Assembly: GCA_013239625.1 (NCBI GenBank)
Contig: MU053431.1
Coordinates: forward strand, 1,266,485 to 1,330,484
Source of the DNA: Lama guanicoe
Lineage: Eukaryota
Direction: 5' to 3'
Length of the DNA stretch: 64,000 nucleotides
Positions 62,274 to 64,000 of the stretch are shown piece by piece. The position numbers were made by a program, and so were the translations under genes. Below the pieces are notes generated by a model. It was given only the letters and a program-made list of their open reading frames with translations. It had not been told where the DNA came from and did not search any database. The stretch's first letter is position 1; every line of letters begins with the position of its first letter.

Positions 62274-62670
62274 CAGCAACATGGACAGAACTAGAGATTA
62301 TCATTTTAAGTGAAGTAAGTCAGAGAAAGACAAGTATTGTATGATACCACTTGTATGTGGAATCTAAAAAAGTGACAGAAATGACCTTATTTACAAAACA
62401 GAAACAGACTCACAGATATGTTGTTACCTAAAGGGAAAGAGGTGGAGGGATAAACTAGGAGTTTGGGATTAACATGCACACACTACTGTATATAAATAGA
62501 TAAACAAGGACCTAGTGTACAGCCCAGGGAACTATACTCAATATCTTGTAATAACCTATAATAGAAAAGAATCTGAAGAAGAACAGATATGTGTATATAT
62601 GTATAACTGAATCACTTTGCTGTCCACCTGAAACAAACACATTGTAAATCAACTGTACTTCAGTAAGAAA
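62274..62670 (+). mobile_element. 5'-truncated L1 3' end (artiodactyl-type)
   Basis: gcaacatggacagaactagagattatcattttaagtgaagtaagtcaga (ORF2 end), then 3'UTR ending acattgtaaatcaactgtacttcagtaag; TSD aaattttaaactttt / aaatgttaaactttt. Confidence 0.85.
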
Positions 62671-62749
62671 AAAATGTTAAACTTTTAAAATGATACTATT
62701 TGGTTTTTTGATGCTCTTACAAGAGCATCTTTACCTTGCCCATCTTTAC

Positions 62750-62965
62750 CTTGATATAAAACTAACAAGAAAGATCTCAAGACCTATAGATACTACATTG
62801 AGAAACATGATTGAGAAAAAAAAAACAGAAAAAATAAATATGTGGAGGGGCAAACCAAGGTAAAGAATTGGAAGATTCTATACTGTAAAAGTGCCATTTC
62901 TCCCCAGCATAACCTACAGATTCAATGAAAATGGATTTTAAGATCCCAGCAGGGTTTTTTCACAA
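62750..62965 (+). mobile_element. L1 ORF2 fragment
   Basis: attggaagattctatactgtaaaagtgccatttctcccc...aacctacagattcaatg...atcccagcagggtttttt. Confidence 0.7.
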
Positions 62966-63029
62966 GCTCAGCTTCCATTTCCAACATGGTAAACTCCTAA
63001 AAAAATAAAAATTAAAAATTAAATTAAAA

Positions 63030-64000
63030 AAACTCCTACTGAACCAGCCTCCCACGGGCAGCTCCCACCATGAACTCTGGACAAAATACAAAACAACACT
63101 TACGTGGAGTCACCAGAGTGAGCACAGGCAGACGCCAAAGAGGAGTCAACACTTGGAAGAAAGGAACACCTGGGTGAGCTGCCTGTTTTCATGGCTTCTA
63201 GCCGAAGGGAAGGCCATGCCTGTGCAGGGCAGATAAGCAGCAACAAAATACCTGCAGTGCTTCTGGCCCAAAGAACTAGGAAATGGAGCTGGGCAGTGAC
63301 ATCCTCTGGAAAATGGGGGGGCATCCCAAAAAGGAAGGAGTGAGAGAAGAGGAGACCCAAATTGGTTTTGATCTGGGCTTAAATCTCCAGGTGACATTGG
63401 AAGACAGGCGTAGGGCAGGCTCCAAGCATCTTGGTTAAGAATAAAAGAACTGAGTTGAGATCTGAGCTGCTGTACAAGGAACGGTGTTTGCAGTCTGAGC
63501 CCCACTAAGTCATCTGCTAACACCAACACAGAAATAATGAAGCCAACACTCTCTGAGTTAATAGGAGAGAATCCAAAGTCACCACAAAATTATACAATAT
63601 CCAGGACACAACCCAAAATTACTAAGTGTACAAACCAAAGGAGAATGTTAACCATTCCCAAAATAAATAAATAAATGAAAGTAACGGCAATTGACCCCGA
63701 TATGACCCAGATGATGGAATCAGCAAACAAGGGTTTTAAAGTAACTATTATAATCACTCATGTAAAGAAGAATAGGCTTTTAACAAGTGAAAAGATTTTT
63801 TAAAAATCACACCAGAGAAGTAGAAAATATATTTTTAAAAAGGAAATTCTAGAACCAAAAATTTAAAAATCATTAACTGAATGGGCCAACAGGAGAACAG
63901 AATGACAGAGGGAAAAAATCAGTGAACTTGAAAGTATATTAATAGAATTATTCAATCTGAAAAGGGAAGAGCAGGGAATAAATAAAAAGAACATAAGGGA
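63030..64000 (+). mobile_element. Old L1M 5'UTR and start of ORF1 (runs off window)
   Basis: aactctggacaaaatacaaaacaac; atgacccagatgatggaatcagcaaacaagggttttaaagtaactattata (MTQM.E.A.K.FK..II remnant); aatcagtgaacttgaa...atagaattattcaatctgaa. Confidence 0.75.

Noticed and set aside
1-64000. Prokaryotic-type systems (CRISPR array, operon, defence island)
   Set aside because: The sequence is clearly a spliced mammalian locus. There are no regularly spaced repeat-spacer arrays or dense bacterial-like ORFs.

Overview
Mammalian genomic DNA, very GC/CpG-rich, most likely camelid (inferred from tRNA-derived SINEs resembling Vic-1). One gene dominates: TAF4 (TFIID subunit 4) on the minus strand. Coding exon 1 lies in a CpG island; its ATG is at 57827, two N-gaps interrupt it, and a third gap lies just upstream. 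A ~33.5 kb intron 1 follows. Exons 2-14 were mapped at base level with consistent splice phases (1733 nt, no stops) and include the TAFH/NHR1 and histone-fold regions. The terminal exon 15 was not found and probably lies left of position 1. The rest is intron and upstream sequence full of decayed retroelements: L1/HAL1 (almost all antisense to TAF4), L2, MIR, an MLT1 LTR, a MER3-like element and young SINE/L1 insertions with target-site duplications. Almost all ORFs in the supplied track are GC-content artefacts. I found no convincing new biological system. The best leads are a GC-AG intron 12, an unexplained 114-bp direct repeat bracketing exon 10, a candidate poison micro-exon in intron 3, local AT-to-GC rewriting of L1 fossils, and a possible divergent transcript from the promoter. 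Repeat family names and human TAF4 comparisons come from recalled sequence, not from database searches.
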